The position numbers were made by a program, and so were the translations under genes. A DNA stretch of 61,037 bases, counting the filler, from Chiloscyllium plagiosum (Eukaryota): NCBI RefSeq assembly GCF_004010195.1. It is 3 parts of one record of this genome, joined end to end, with 100 filler letters (N's around TTAATTAATTAA, not from the genome) between each part and the next. Parts side by side here need not be neighbours in the genome. Positions count along the whole stretch, not along the records: positions 45,519 to 61,037 come from NC_057711.1; 2 more parts are not named here. The stretch is one strand, 5' to 3'. The notes under the pieces are model-generated. The model saw only the letters and a program-made list of their open reading frames with translations, ran no database searches and was not told the DNA's origin. Position 1 is the stretch's first letter. Each line of letters begins with the position of its first letter. Below, piece after piece: positions 60,686 through 61,037 of the stretch.

Positions 60686-61037
60686 CAGAGTAACCTCGAT
60701 TATCCAAACAAGATGGGTGGGCACTGTTTTGTTCAGATAATTGATTATTCAGTTAATTGATTCAATGCCTTTCCACTGGGGCTGGGGATTTTCTGTTAAG
60801 TACACTCCCTGTTCAGGAGACGAGACAGCATCACAGCGTGCACGAGCCCCTGCCCACCCCCAACCCTGTCCAACACCACCCCCCCGCCCGCTCCCAATCC
60901 CTGTCCAACTCCGCCCCCCAGCCCGCCTCATCCCTGTCCAACACCGAATTCCAGCCTGCCCCAACCCACGACCAACACTGACACCCCCACCCCACCCCAT
61001 CCCTGTCCAACACCGAATTCCAGCCTGCCCCAACCCA
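60686..61037. mobile_element. Left end of a Tigger/pogo-like DNA element
   Basis: TA then CAGAGTAACCTCGATTATCC terminus interrupting a CR1 fragment; right end is outside the window. Confidence 0.6.
60845..61037 (+). repeat. C-rich minisatellite-like tandem repeat
   Basis: CCCTGTCCAAC occurs four times; CATCCCTGTCCAACACCGAATTCCAGCCTGCCCCAACCCA occurs twice. Confidence 0.85.

Overview
Vertebrate nuclear DNA with four N-gaps, almost certainly from a shark or ray: HE1-type tRNA SINEs and HER1/CR1 LINEs dominate. Much of the window is transposable-element debris: CR1 LINEs (one near full-length copy nested in an older one), a second CR1/L2-type LINE family, Penelope-like elements (PLEs) with minimal hammerhead ribozymes, Tigger-like DNA elements, a Harbinger-type Myb/SANT relic, solo LTRs and several SINE families. 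The main hidden feature lies between the TEs on the + strand. From about 1.25 kb to 59.75 kb that sequence reads as the fossil of a very large cadherin-related gene. The 5' part (about 1.2-30 kb) is many divergent cadherin (EC) repeats with stops and frameshifts, cut by TE insertions, then one or possibly two SEA-like membrane-adjacent (MAD) segments. The 3' part is a small-exon module resembling CDHR2 EC8-EC9-MAD-TM; five of its exons keep open frames and GT-AG sites, but the TM exon is broken. Protein comparisons were made by eye against remembered family consensus and need HMM/BLAST confirmation. TE boundaries are approximate unless TSDs or TIRs are quoted.
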